Source: the human T2T-CHM13v2.0 reference genome, Homo sapiens. Taken from it: a stretch of 64,000 bases of DNA. Shown here piece after piece: positions 39,205 to 52,693 of this stretch. Under the pieces are notes generated by a model. It saw nothing but the letters and a program-made list of their open reading frames with translations, searched no databases and had not been told where the DNA came from. Position numbers and translations under genes: made by a program. Numbering within the stretch: position 1 is the first letter of the stretch; every line of letters begins with the position of its first letter. The stretch lies in NCBI RefSeq assembly GCF_009914755.1, contig NC_060942.1; one strand, written 5' to 3'.

Positions 39205-39730
39205 TGTCTGAGTTTTCTTTCTATTGCTGCATAAGAAATGAGCACACACTAGAACTTGAAACAATGCACATTTTTTATCTCACAGTTTCTGACAGTTTGC
39301 GCAGGTCAGAAGTCTGGGTGCAGTGTGGTTAGATTCTCTGTTCAGGGTCTCACCAGGATAGAATCAAGGTGTCAGCAGGATGAGTTCTCACCTAGCACAG
39401 GGGGTCCTCTTCCAAGCTCCCTGGATGTTGCCAGAATTTGGGACCTTAGGGTTTTAGGACTGAGGTCCCAGTCTCCTGCTAGCTATCAGCTGCTGCTGGG
39501 AGTTTGGTACTGGGAAGTGGGTTGCTACTGTAACAAATACCTAAAAATGTGGATGTGGCTTTGGAACTGGGTCATAGGTAGAGGCTGGAAGAGCTCTGAA
39601 GTACCTGCCAGAAGCACATCCTAGATTTTCTTGAAAAGGCTATTAGTAGAAAGATGGCTGTAACAGGTGCTTCTGGTGAAGACTCTAGCAGAAATAAGGA
39701 GTGAATTATTGCCCACTAGAGGAAGGGTGA
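39205..39730. mobile_element. MLT1 LTR and MaLR internal fragments
   Basis: tattgctgcataa...ttttatctcacagtttctg, followed by gtggctttggaactggg..taggtagaggctggaagag (MaLR internal). Confidence 0.6.
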
Positions 39731-42314
39731 TCTTATGTAGTTGCAGAGAACTTGGGGCTGTGGCACCCCAGTGGCCTTGGCACGCCAGGGGCCATAGCAC
39801 CCCAGACTGCTCCACCTGCCACCAGTGCTGGGTCCTCACTATTGGTAAGCTGGTGGGTGACCCAATGCAAGAGCCCTATGTCTAGAGTCTACTTTTAGAA
39901 CTACTCCTGATATTGAACACTTTAATTATGGTTCCTTAGAAGCAGAGCCCACGACAGGGATTTTAAAAACAAGAACACTCATTACTGGCAAGAATGAAAC
40001 TTGTACTCTGTTCTCTGTTAATGGTTTAGGTTGCTTTGGAAACAACTTTACAATGTATATGAGTTTGTATCCTGAAGTTTAATTGAATAATTCCATTTCT
40101 GGAACTGTATCTTATGGTAATCATAAGAAGTAAACACAAAAATATTCAATTCAGTGGTTATTTATTGTGAAAAAATGGAAGACAACCAAATTGTTCTGTA
40201 ACTGAATGTTCAGTGATAAATTATTGAATTATTTACACCTTGTTTCATTGCCAAGACTGCTTCAACAGATTCTAGTTACTTAATAGTATATTAAGTGATA
40301 ATGGCAGTAATAAACATGCTTGTGTTATAATTGCAGGGGAGTGAACCAATCCATAGACTTGGGGGGAAGACAGAAATATTCATTTCCTATGTTCTTAAAT
40401 GAAATGAAATCCAAATGCAGCCTTCGTCTCCCTGGACTAGCAGGAAATTTCATCCCAGGCATAATCTATTCCTCCCTCACCTTTTTCCAGTTCAGTAAAT
40501 TATGTCCCCACCATATAGCCCTTAAATCTAAACTCAGGCCACATTCCTGGATTGCTGTCTCTTCCTCTGCCTCCCACCTCACACCCAGGATCAGCAGGTG
40601 CATGCCCCCTGAGCCCACTGCCAGTCTGTTCATCCTCCGAGTCCCAACCTACCCATCCCCTTTACCGCCCTGGACTGGTCCCTAACTGGCCTTCCTGAAG
40701 CCCATCTTGCTCCATCCACTCCTCCAAAGCCTCCGAAGAGCATCCAGATGATCTTTTAGAAGAATCCGGCAGGACACATCGTATTCCTGCCCACAACCCT
40801 CCTGCAGTCACCCGTCACCCGAGGCACGTCTCACCTCCCATCCCAGCTGGTGAAGCCCTCCTAGATCTGGTGCCGTGACTCTCACCCTCCCCTCTCCCTG
40901 CCCTCTCTGCAGGAGCCCCCATTTTGTTCTGTAAGCATTCCAAGCTCAGCCATGCCTGAGCCCTCTACCAACTGCCCCCTGCCTGGGATGGCTTCCCTCA
41001 GGGTCATTTCATGGCCAGCTCTTCAGCCTGAGAGTCATTTCTGTGGAGGTCACACCTATCGCTTCACCTGATCTTGATTCTTGGCAGGACACTCAGCACA
41101 TGCTAGGTTTCTTTTTCATGCACTCATTCCCCATCCCTCCCCGCTGCTCCACTAGATTATAAGCTCAAGGAGAAGGGGGGACCTCATCCACCTTGTTTAT
41201 CACTGAATTCCCGGTACCTTCAGTGGTCCTGACACACATCCCTAGGAAATGTCTCTTGGATAAATTTTTCCTTCCAATATGCTCAGGGTCCCAGCCAGCT
41301 CTGTCCCTTCTGGCCCGAGTGCTTTCCAGTCTCTCTGTGATGCCTGAGGCTGAGGGGGCCTAGAGGAGGCAGAAAGGCCCCTGGCTGGTCTCCAGCCTCC
41401 CTGTGTGCCCTGGGCGGACCAACTCATTCCGCACGGTGACATCCTCTCCCGAGGGGTTGCCCCTGAGCAGGATGGGATTCCCTCCTCACCCCCACCCCAT
41501 ACTCCCTGCGTCCTTCAGGCTGGGCAGGGCTCCAGCTCTCCTGCCAAGGCCCAAGGCCTGGGCTCTTCCTTGGTATTCGAAGCATTCAGCAGAAGCTATG
41601 CAAAAGTGTTTGGGGTTAGGGATTGTTCGTTTATTTAAATATCCGTACTGTTTAAGCAGCTCTCAGTTTTCCTGTGGGAAAATCTTTGAAGTTGAGAGTT
41701 GGAATACACAAAGAATAGGGGAAACGCAAATTATCCTGCCACACAGTGTAGAGTGAAAACCACCGAACGCAAAATTGTAGGAAGTGACTGATTATAATGC
41801 TTTTTTGAATGCATAGACAAAACACTCAGAGAAAGTAAAATAAAGTATTATCCATGGTTGTTTTGAAAGAGCTGTCACTATGGGTAATAGTGACTCTTCA
41901 ACTTTCACATCTTTTCTCTATTTTATGTAATGAGAGTATGTTACTTTTATAAATCTTTAAAAGTTTTAAAATTGTACTTAAAATTTTTTAAACCAAGAAT
42001 TTCTCATCTGATTATTATTTGAAAATATTCAAATGTGCATGTAGATTTTGTTACAAGAATGTTTATTAAATAATTTTTCCATGATAGTGAAAAAAGTAAA
42101 AGCAAACTAAACATCCAAAAATGGAGAGACCCACCATGGTGAAATATGGGCAGGTGTTAGAAAGCCTGGTTGTAGAAGAATATGCCACATTACAGAAAAA
42201 TGTTCGCTATGCAGATAGGTTCAAAAAAGACTATAAAACAGAATATGACCTCATTTTTGTGACTATATGTAAATACTTGAGAAAAACTGCTTCAGAATAT
42301 AAAGCCAAAGTTAG

Positions 42315-42678
<364 letters not shown>

Positions 42679-42763
42679 TTTCCCCGACTTTTTTAAAACA
42701 ATGAACATTAGGTATTACTCTTCCAGTATGGAAAAGACAGCGATACAGGTTTTGCACATGCAG

Positions 42764-43795
42764 TTTTTTTTTTTTTTTTTTTTTAGACTTTTAAGTTCTA
42801 GGGTATATGTGCACAACGTGCAGGTTTGTTACATAGGTATACATGTGCCATGTTGGTTTGCTGTACCCATCAACTTGTCATCTACATTAGGTATTTTTCC
42901 TAATGCGATCACTCCCCCAGCCCCCCACTCCCCCGACCCATGACCCAGTGTGTGATGTTCCCCGCCCTGTGTCCATGTGTTCTCATTGTTCAATTCCCAC
43001 CTGTGAGTGAGAACATGCGGTGTTTGCTTTTCTGTCCTTGAGACAGTTTGCTGAGAATGATGGTTTCCAGCTTCATCCATGTCCCTGCAAAGGATATGAA
43101 CTCATCCTTTTTTATGGCTGCATAGTATTTCATGGTGTATATGTGCCACATTTTCTTAATCCAGTTTATCACTGACGGACATTTGGGTTGGTTCCAAGTC
43201 TTTGCTATTGTGAATAGTGCCACAATGAACATACGTGTGCATGTGTCTTTATAGTAGCATGATTTACAATCCTTTGGGTATATACCCAGTAGTAGGATGG
43301 CTGGGTCAAATGGCATTTCTAGTTCTAGATGCTTGAGGAATTGCCACACTGTCTTCCACAATGATTGAACTAATTTACACTCCCACCAACATTGTAAAAG
43401 CATTCCTGTTTCTCCACATCTTCTCCAGCATCTGTCGTTTCCTGACTTTTTAATGATTGCCATTCTAACTGGCTTGAGATCGTATCTCATTGCGGTTTTG
43501 ATTTGCATTTCTCTGATGACCAGCGATGATGAGCATTTTTTCATATGTCTGTTGGCTGCATAAATGTCTTCCTTTGAGAAGTGTCTGTTCATATCCTTTG
43601 CCCACTTTTTGATGGGGTTATTTTTTTCTTGTAAATTTGTTTGAGTTCTTTGTAGAATCTGGATATTAGCCCTTTGTCAGATGGGTAGATTGCAAAAATT
43701 TTCTCCCATTCTGTAGGTTGCCTGTTCACTCTGATGATAGGTTTTTTTTTTTTGCTGTGCAGAAGCTCTTTAGTTTAATTAGATCCCATTTGTCT
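42764..43795 (-). mobile_element. 5'-truncated L1PA (about L1PA7) with an open ORF2p C-terminal 200 aa
   Basis: Poly-T and L1 3'UTR. ORF 42990-43592 reads [24 protein letters not shown]...CWRRCGETG...CWWECKLVQ...MFSL, the cysteine-rich end of L1 ORF2p. Confidence 0.96.
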
Positions 43796-43804
43796 TGTTT
43801 TATA

Positions 43805-44320
43805 CAATTGGCCCTTGAACAACACAGGAGTCAGGGGTGCCAACCCTGTCCCCCACAGTCAATCTGAATATAACTTGACTTCCCAAAAACTTGGCTCCTG
43901 AGAGCCTGTGTTGACCAGAAGCCTTGCTGATAACATAAACATTCGATCCATACATGTTTTGTATGTTGTAGGTATCATATACTGTATTCTTATAGTAAAG
44001 TAAGCTGGAGATATTATTAAGAAAATCATAAGGAAGAGAAAAATATATTTACTATTCATTAAGTGGAAGTGGATCATCATAAAGGTCTCGGTCTCAGCTT
44101 CATCCTCTTCTTCACATTGGGTGGGCTGAGGAGGAGGAGGAAGAGGTGGAGGAAGAGGAGGGGCTAGTTCTGCTGTCTCAGGAGTGGTAGAAATAGGAAA
44201 GGTGGAGGAGGTGGTTAGGGAGGCAGGAGAGGCAGGCACACTCGGTGTAACTTTTACTGGAAAAAGCCACGTATAAGTGGATCCACACAGTTCAAATCCA
44301 TGTTGTTCAAGGGTCAGCTG
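43805..44320 (-). mobile_element. Tigger2a/MER28-like TcMar DNA transposon
   Basis: Terminal inverted repeats caattggcccttgaacaaca / tgttgttcaagggtcagctg, flanked by TA dinucleotides. Confidence 0.88.
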
Positions 44321-47047
44321 TACATGTATATACATTTTTAAAGACCTTCACAATAGCCTGTTGCTGTGTAGGAAAGCCACGTCCTGGCAGAAGCACCCAG
44401 GAGCTCCTGCAGAAGACAGGAACACAGGGGAGAGAGGAAGGTTCATGAGACTGGACAAGCCCAGGACTCGGGGGCCCACTCAGCTTCCTGGTACCTAGTG
44501 ACAAGAAATTGTGACAGTTGGTGACAGTTACCTCTCTCTTCTGGTTCCTCTGTTTGGGTGCTTTTTGAGAGCATATGATGTTTAACAAGTATTTATTAAG
44601 CAGTTACTATGTGCCAAGCACTACATCTGAGCTTTGGACAGATGAGGGGCTGAAGAAGTGGCCCCACCCACAGAGTATGGCAAGCGAGCTTGCTGGGATC
44701 CGCTGACCCTCATGCAGGGTGAGTAGTATGTGGCAGGTGTAAGAGCTAGTGCAGAAGCAGGAAGCTAGATGGGCGGTTCTCAAAACAGGGATAAGAACTG
44801 ACTTAGGCACTCTGGACTTCCATCTTACATGAACATTTTGACAAAGTAAAATGCATAGTCTTGTTTATCCCTGTCTGTAAGTCACTCAGAGCACAGGTTT
44901 TGCATGCAGAGGCCTGGGTTTCGTTGCACACCTGTTAGCTCTGAGACTCTGACACATTGCTTGACCTCTGTGTGTTCTGTTTCTGCTTCCATAAAAGGGA
45001 TCAATGCTACCTACATCAGAGCTGTTTTGACATGTACATTGAATGAGGTGGATTGTGTGAGGTGCTGGCGGCTTTATTATTTATAGAGCATCACAAAATG
45101 ATGACAGTGGCATGACCATCTAGGGCTGTCACCAGGGACCTGCTCTGAGAACAGGTGGTGACTGTACAGGGTCCAGCCAGCCGCAGCTGTGGTTCTCAGC
45201 CCAGCTACCTTGGCCTGCTGGGAGACAGGAAGGTGCATTTGGCCTCAGGTCTCGGATATCACTTTGAACTTGGCCTCCTGGAGGGAGGGCAGGTAGCTAA
45301 TGACCCTCTGCATGGCAGCAGGGCCACTGAACTGGCCAGGGAAACACAGCAGGAAACCCCACCCTCTCCCTGGCTTGGTGAGCCCTGCTGGCCTGTTTAC
45401 ACACTGACATCAGTGTGTGCCACTTTCCCTTCTGGGCATTCTTGGTTCTTCTGTGAATTATAGCCTTCGGAGTTGCTGAGCCCGAGAGATGAGGGCCTGT
45501 GGTTGCCTCTCAGCTTCTTCCAGACTCACCAGGGGACATGCCCTGGCTCAGATGTGGCTGGACTCCCTGACTACTGCTAAAGGTTTGCACTCTCCGGCCC
45601 TTCTCCTGTCTTTTTGTGTCCCACACTACCATCTCCCTGTTCACAGCCCTAATTGCCTAATGGGGTGTGTGAGTGTTCATGTTATTCACACATCATTGCC
45701 TAGGATTTTCTGCCAAATGATGCCCTGTTGATACAACCTTTGTCACCTTGTTTCCCACTGTCGATGATTCTCTTGAGCTGTCTTTGACCAGGTTTTCAAC
45801 GTGTGGTGTCATGGGAAGAACACAAGCCATGAAAAGGCCAAACTTGGACTTGAACCCAGGCTTTGCTGTGTGACCTAAGCTGACAAGCACGTGAGTTAAT
45901 CTCTGCACCTCACGTTCCCGCCTACAAAACAGTGGAACAGTACCTGCCACAGAGGCTGGCAGAGAGGATTACGTGAGTCAATAGGGACACACATAGGACA
46001 CAGCTAGGGTGGTGCCTGGCATACAGTGGGTGCTTAATAAATGCTCTGTGCTATCCAGTGAGTTTCACAAGACCCTTTAGAAGTTGCTATCTAAGATTTC
46101 ACCTTAGATCAATCCTTCCATCAAGAAAACTAAGAAAAGTTTGTCTTTTCCTAGTAAGAGCTACGTTACTGAAGGAGAAATGAATGGTGGGGCCAGGCGG
46201 TTCCCCAGGGAAGCCCGGGGCTAAGTCCGTGCCCCTTCCTGTCTCCCTGTCGAGGGGGTCTGGTGCCTCGTCGACGTCCAAACTGATCGCTTTGGCGATG
46301 CAGATAGACAGGATCTGGCAGAGCATTCAGGCAAGCTTCACACTTGCTGAGCCGAATCATTCCCTTTGGTTACACCCCAGGCAATGCCAAGTAAACAACT
46401 TCAGCAACCCAGACAGAGCAATTAAAATGATCCTATGCAGCTGCCTGCCAAGTGAAGTGATTCCTGCTAAACTCTCGATTAGCATTCACTAAAGTGTGTT
46501 CTGTCGGACACAGGATCAGAGGGAGGTAAATAAGAGCCATGGGCAGAAAAGGATGCCTGTTAAGGGCACTCAGGGGATTCGAGGCCAGGTCAGGCTGAGC
46601 CGGTTTCTTTCCTGCACGCCTTCTCAGGCCTCAGTGTTCTATGCCTTGTCAATCTCTCCACGGGCTATACCTACAGTGTTTCTCAAACACCCCTGACTGT
46701 TCGGCTCCCTTATTCAGGAACTCCTATTAACACATTGCAGAACTAGGATTCCTTTGAGAAATGTTTCTAGAAATATTGCTGGGTTTTTTATAACTTTATT
46801 GAAAGATATTTTACATATCATATAATTCACTCATTTCAAGTGTAGAATTCAATGATTTTTAGAAAATTTACCGAGTTGTACAATCATTACTCTAAATCAG
46901 TTTTAGGACATTTTCATTGCCCGCCTGAAATCCCTGTGCCCATCTACTGTTAACCCCTGCCCCCACCCCCTACCCTAGGCAGCCACTAATCTTATCTGTC
47001 TCTATAGATATGCCTTGAGAAACATTGCTTTTTTGAGGGGATGGTAA

Positions 47048-47383
<336 letters not shown>

Positions 47384-47690
47384 CATTTTAGCCATTTTTA
47401 AGTGTGCAATTCAGTGGCATTAAATACATTCACATTGTTGTGCAATCTTCACCATTGTTCATCTCCAGAACTTTTTCATCACCCCAAACAGAAACCCCGT
47501 ATCCATTAAACAGTAATTCCCCCTCTCCTGTGCTCCTGGTAGCCACTTGGCCACTTTCTGTCTCTTTGAATTTGACTGTTCTAGGTACTCATGCAAGTGC
47601 AATCACACGATTTGTCCTTTTATGACTGGATTATTTCATTTAGCATAGTGTCCTCAAGCTTCATCTTTATTGCAGCATGCATCAGAGTTA

Positions 47691-47978
47691 GGCCAGGCGC
47701 AGTGGCTCACGCCTATAATCCCAGTACTTTGGGAGGCCGAGGTGGGCAGATTGCTTAAGCCCAGGAGTTCAAGACCAGGCTGGGCAACATGGTGAGAACC
47801 TCATCTCTACAAAAAATACAATTAGCCGGACATGATGGCATGCACCTGTAGTCCCTGCTACTCAGAAGGCTGAGGTGGGAGAATCACCTAAGCCTGGGGA
47901 GGTTGAGGCTGCAATGAGCCATGATCACACCACCGCACTCCAGCCTGGGAAACAGTGAGTCTCAAAAACACAAAAAAA
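47691..47978 (+). mobile_element. AluJ
   Basis: Full dimer with J-type features. Confidence 0.92.
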
Positions 47979-48894
47979 GAATTTTAATCCTTTTTAAGGA
48001 TGAGTAATATTCCATTGTATGTATATACAGGTTGATCATCCCTTATCTGAAATGCTTGGGACAAAAAGTGTTTTGGATTTTGGATTTGTTTCGGATTTTG
48101 GAATATTTGCATTACACTTACAAGTTGAACATCAAATATTTTGCCCATTTTCTAGTAAGACTATTTTGTTGTTGTTGAGTTGTAGGAGTTTCTTTATATA
48201 TTCTAGATCTTAATTTGTTAAGTTGTAGGAGTTCTTTGTATATTCTAGATCTTAATTCCTTATCAGATAGATGATTTGCAAATATTTTCTCCCATTCTGT
48301 GGGTTATCGTTTCACTTTCTTGATAGTGTTCTTTGATGCACAAAAGTTTTTAATTTTGTTGAAGCCCAATTTATCTCTCTTTTCTTTTGTTGTCTGTGCT
48401 TTTGGTGGCAGAAACACTGCTTATTGCTTTTTAAAGATCAAACCAAAAAAGAGCCTACCTGTGAAAATCAAATAGTAAAATAAAGTTGCCAGGTATTCTT
48501 ATTATCCCCCTAGAAATAGTTTTTTAAAACAAAAACTCTCAAATATTCAGTTGTTTCAGTCATGTGACTTGGCATATAATTAAACAACAGTTGCTGCTGT
48601 TACTGAATATTTATTGCTCACTGACAATGTGTCAGACACAGCCAGAGACTGAAATACGAGTAGATGCCAGTTCTGGACTTGTCTGCCTTAAGTGAGATGA
48701 GAGGCATATTTATTAGTAAAAACTCAGTTGCAGGTGACAGAAAACCAGTTTAAAATAACTTGGATCAAAAGGGGAATTCACTGACTTTTTTACCAAAATG
48801 TTGAGGAGGAATGTGGAAGTTTTTACTAGATCTAGAGGCTATATGTCAATTGCTTCTCTTTTCCTCTCTCCTTTTTTCCTTCCTCCTCCCCAGC

Positions 48895-49243
48895 TGTTTT
48901 CTAAATGTCTATGTCCTCCCAAAACTCACATGTTGAAATCTTAGTCCCCAGGTGATAGTGTTAGGAAGTGGGGCTTTTGGGAGGTGATGAGGTCATGAGG
49001 GTGAAGTCCTCATAAATGTGATTGGTGCCCTTATAAAAGAGGCCCCAGAACGGTCCCTTGTCCCTTTCACCCAGCGAAGTTATAGAGAAAGGACAGCAAA
49101 CTACAAACCAGGACATGCACCCTCACCAGACACCACATCTGTTGGCACCTGGATCTTGGACTCCCCAGCCTCCAGAGCTGTGAGAAATAAGTTTCTGCTG
49201 TTTATATGGTATTTTTGTTACAGCAGCTTTAACAGACTAATGC
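48895..49243 (+). mobile_element. MLT1A/MSTD-like MaLR LTR
   Basis: catgttgaaatc...ggtgcccttataaaagaggcccca...cttggactccccagcctccagagctgtgagaaataa...agactaa. Confidence 0.8.
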
Positions 49244-50890
49244 CCTCCTTGTCTGTGTCTTTTATTCTCTCTCAGTGTCTTGGCTCTGCTTTTAGGTCTC
49301 CTCTTACCCACTGGCCTCTTTCCCTGCTACTGTATATAACTTCCTGTATGCATCTAGGGGAGGTCATGAGCAGCTGTAGCATATGTGATGTTAGTGAACC
49401 ATCCCTGTAATTGAAATCCGAAATCCCAGCAAATGCACTGAAAGGGCCATAGGAATGGACCACCCTGATTGGCCAGCCTGGTCTAACTGGCTTTGGCCTG
49501 CAATGACGGGTTTTATTTACATAACTGAAGATTCCAGGGATAAATCCTGATTTCAGGCATAGCTTGATCTAGGACTCAGTTCCTGCAGGATCCATGTCTG
49601 AGCTCCACATCCTCCTTCTCAGGTTTTTCAGAGAACCTCCAGTGCAGTTCCCAGTGCTCCCTGTGGTGACAGTGATTCTGTGCCTCCTGTCCTCACACCA
49701 CTGAGCCCGGGAATGAGAGTATGTAGGTGTCAGGATTCCCAGAGCAGGCCTGAGGCTATGAACAGACAAGCTGAGATGTGGGCCCACCCCTGCGTGAGTG
49801 ACCGTGGCTCAGGGCCCCTCCCTGTTGTAGGGGAGAGGATATGCTAACTGGCCTCTGGACCTTAAGGGGGGGTCAGTCCCACCCAAACCCCAACTGAGAA
49901 AGGAGAAGGGGTGGTTTAAAATACCAACATAAAGCAAAACACACAGAAATTTGAGATACTGATGTCAGGAAGGAAGAGGAAAGGGTTCCAGCAACGAGCA
50001 GGTGCCCATTATAGGAGAATAATTTGATTATCAAGGACAACAGGCAACAGTAGAAGGTTAAAATGAATGATCAGGTTCGTGCTGGGTGACAAAAATTGCT
50101 GCCTGGGGTCAATTACGAGGAGGGCAGCTAGTTTCCAGGCCTTAGAGATGTTGCTTTGTACTCTTGTGTGCCTGCAAGCTGGTGTGTTCCCCTCAAGGAC
50201 AGCAAACTTTTCACGAGCACCTGCTGTGCCCTGATCTTGCTGGGTGCTGTCACCCTGCCATCTGGAGCACCTGCCACGGTTGGCAGATAAACCCACCAGT
50301 GCTGCAGTCAGGGGCACTGGCATCCCTCAAACCCTCCAGGACAGCACGTGAAACACTTAGGACCACAGATTTGAGTTAGGAAACTGTGATCCTGGAGATA
50401 ATGAAGGCCTCATTGACGTGAGCTAGATGCAGGTTGAGAGAATGATGGACGAGCCCAGAGAAGTCCTCCCGGAGGGACAGTGCCTGTCAGGCCAGAGATT
50501 TCTGACAGTCGGAGGACAGGGCAGAGTGTGCTCAGCCTGGGAGAGGAGGGGACAGAGACCTGCTCAGGGGTGCACTGAGCTGTGGCCTGCACTGGGCCAG
50601 GTGCTGGGAGGGGGTGGGAGAGGGGCCTGCAGGACATGGGCTGAGGGACAAGAGGCTAGTGGGTGATGGAGACCACTATGGGGGTTGAACACAGGAATGA
50701 CGTGCGATTCAGGGAAGTCTCTGGGAAGGGGAAGAGACTGAAGACATAGAGACCATTTTGTGCAAATGGGAGAGATGCTGAGGCCTGACTTAGGGTGTGG
50801 GTTGGGAAGGGGAGAAGGGATGACTCTGAGGGAGACAGTGGGTCCCAGTGGCTGTTTGGAATTCAGCAGGTGAGGGAAGAGTTGTATTTA

Positions 50891-51547
<657 letters not shown>

Positions 51548-51666
51548 TTCTTGTAAAGGGCGTGGAATTTGGCCTGGAGTCACAATTCTTCCTGTGTTCC
51601 TACTGATGGATGTTTGTGTTCCTACTGATGGACTTGGACATTTTGTTCCTGTTGTTTTCTCTGCTG

Positions 51667-52133
51667 GAAAGGTGATTGCAGATCCAGTTCCGTTTGAAAC
51701 TGTGGCCAATTTGGTCTACTTGGTCCAAGTTGCCCAGGGTCCCACAACCCACAGAAGCCCTTCCTTCTTCCAGAACTTGGTCCCCATCTTCACAGCAGAG
51801 TTACCCATAGTGCTCAAGAAAGGAGAAAAATTGTCTTCAATTGGCATTGAAGAGAGTCGAGGGAAGAGGCTCCTAAGACGCAAAGTCCTGGGAAAGAAGA
51901 CCCGCCCCTAAGCTTCTCCTCCCCATGGTCGACCACGGCCGGTTCCTGGAGTGCCAGGATGGTTTGCTCTACTCCATCTACAGCATGTGAAGTGGAACCT
52001 GCTTGCAGGGAGGAAATGCATGTCAGGGCGGTGGTGGGGAATTGCCTGAGGAGTCTTGGTGCCCTGATTCCAGAGAACTTTGCTGGTCCTCTGGTTTTGT
52101 AACCCTATTTCTCGGTGATGGCACTTTGGCCAG
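51667..52133 (+). pseudogene. THEMIS3P: THEMIS3P exon 3 (CABIT1 core), three frameshifts and one stop
   Basis: Reads GKVIADPVPFETVANLV...IVLKKGEKLSSIGIEESRGKRLLRRKV /fs ~51905/ KLLLPMVDHGRFLECQDGLLYSIYS /fs ~51986/ VKWNLLAGRK /fs ~52019/ VRAVVGNCLRSLGALIPENFAGPLVL*PYFSVMALWP. This matches THEMIS KIVADKTPY...IIKQGEQI...[30 protein letters not shown]...PKDFYGTLILKPVY. TAA at 52100-52102; donor CAG|GTGAGT at 52134. The 5' boundary is inferred because the acceptor is degenerate. Confidence 0.85.
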
Positions 52134-52175
52134 GTGAGTAAGGGGAAGTGGTTTGGAGCTGTCTCACCATCAATG

Positions 52176-52693
52176 TGTAACTCAACTCAGGTTCAGCTGC
52201 TCACCACTCAAAAGCCAAACTGGAGAGACAAGACTTGGTGGAAGGAAAAGCAGGTGTATCCGAGAGCCGGCAACCTGGGGAGATGGTGGACTAGTGTCAC
52301 AAAGACCATCACAAGTCGGTACAAATTTCAGGCTCTTTTTATGTTAAGGGCAGGGGGAAGAGGAGGGTGTTGGGATCAACACATAACCTATGACTATAGA
52401 CAGCTGGGTGCCAGCAAGGGTCCAAGGAAGTTGGGAATTTCTTTGTCCCTGGTCAGGTCACAATGCTCCTTCCTCCTATAAATCTTTAACAAAATATGGT
52501 CGGTTGCTCAAATACTCCTTTTTAATCCCAGAGTTCATTTCAAAAACTGTATGACTCCCATTGTAGTGTTTCATCCCAGTGCTCTAAAATTATTCTAGCC
52601 CACATGCAGGAATGGGTATCTAAACATAGATAAGGACCACTCAAACAAAAATGGAGTTAGTCATGTTCATTCTTTTGCTGTTTCACTGTTACA
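52176..52693 (-). mobile_element. ERV1-class solo LTR (LOR1-like)
   Basis: 518 bp bounded by TGTAAC...GTTACA inverted termini with a perfect 4-bp TSD AATG. Confidence 0.8.

Noticed and set aside
42990-43592. 200-aa minus-strand ORF, the longest in the track
   Set aside because: It is the C-terminus of L1 ORF2p in a 5'-truncated L1PA, not a host gene.
43859-44335. 158-aa proline/acidic-rich ORF
   Set aside because: It lies almost entirely inside the Tigger2a-like element.
48179-48258. About 42-bp tandem duplication gttgtaggagtt..ttt.tatattctagatcttaatt
   Set aside because: It is real but lies inside an old L1M fragment; ordinary neutral slippage.
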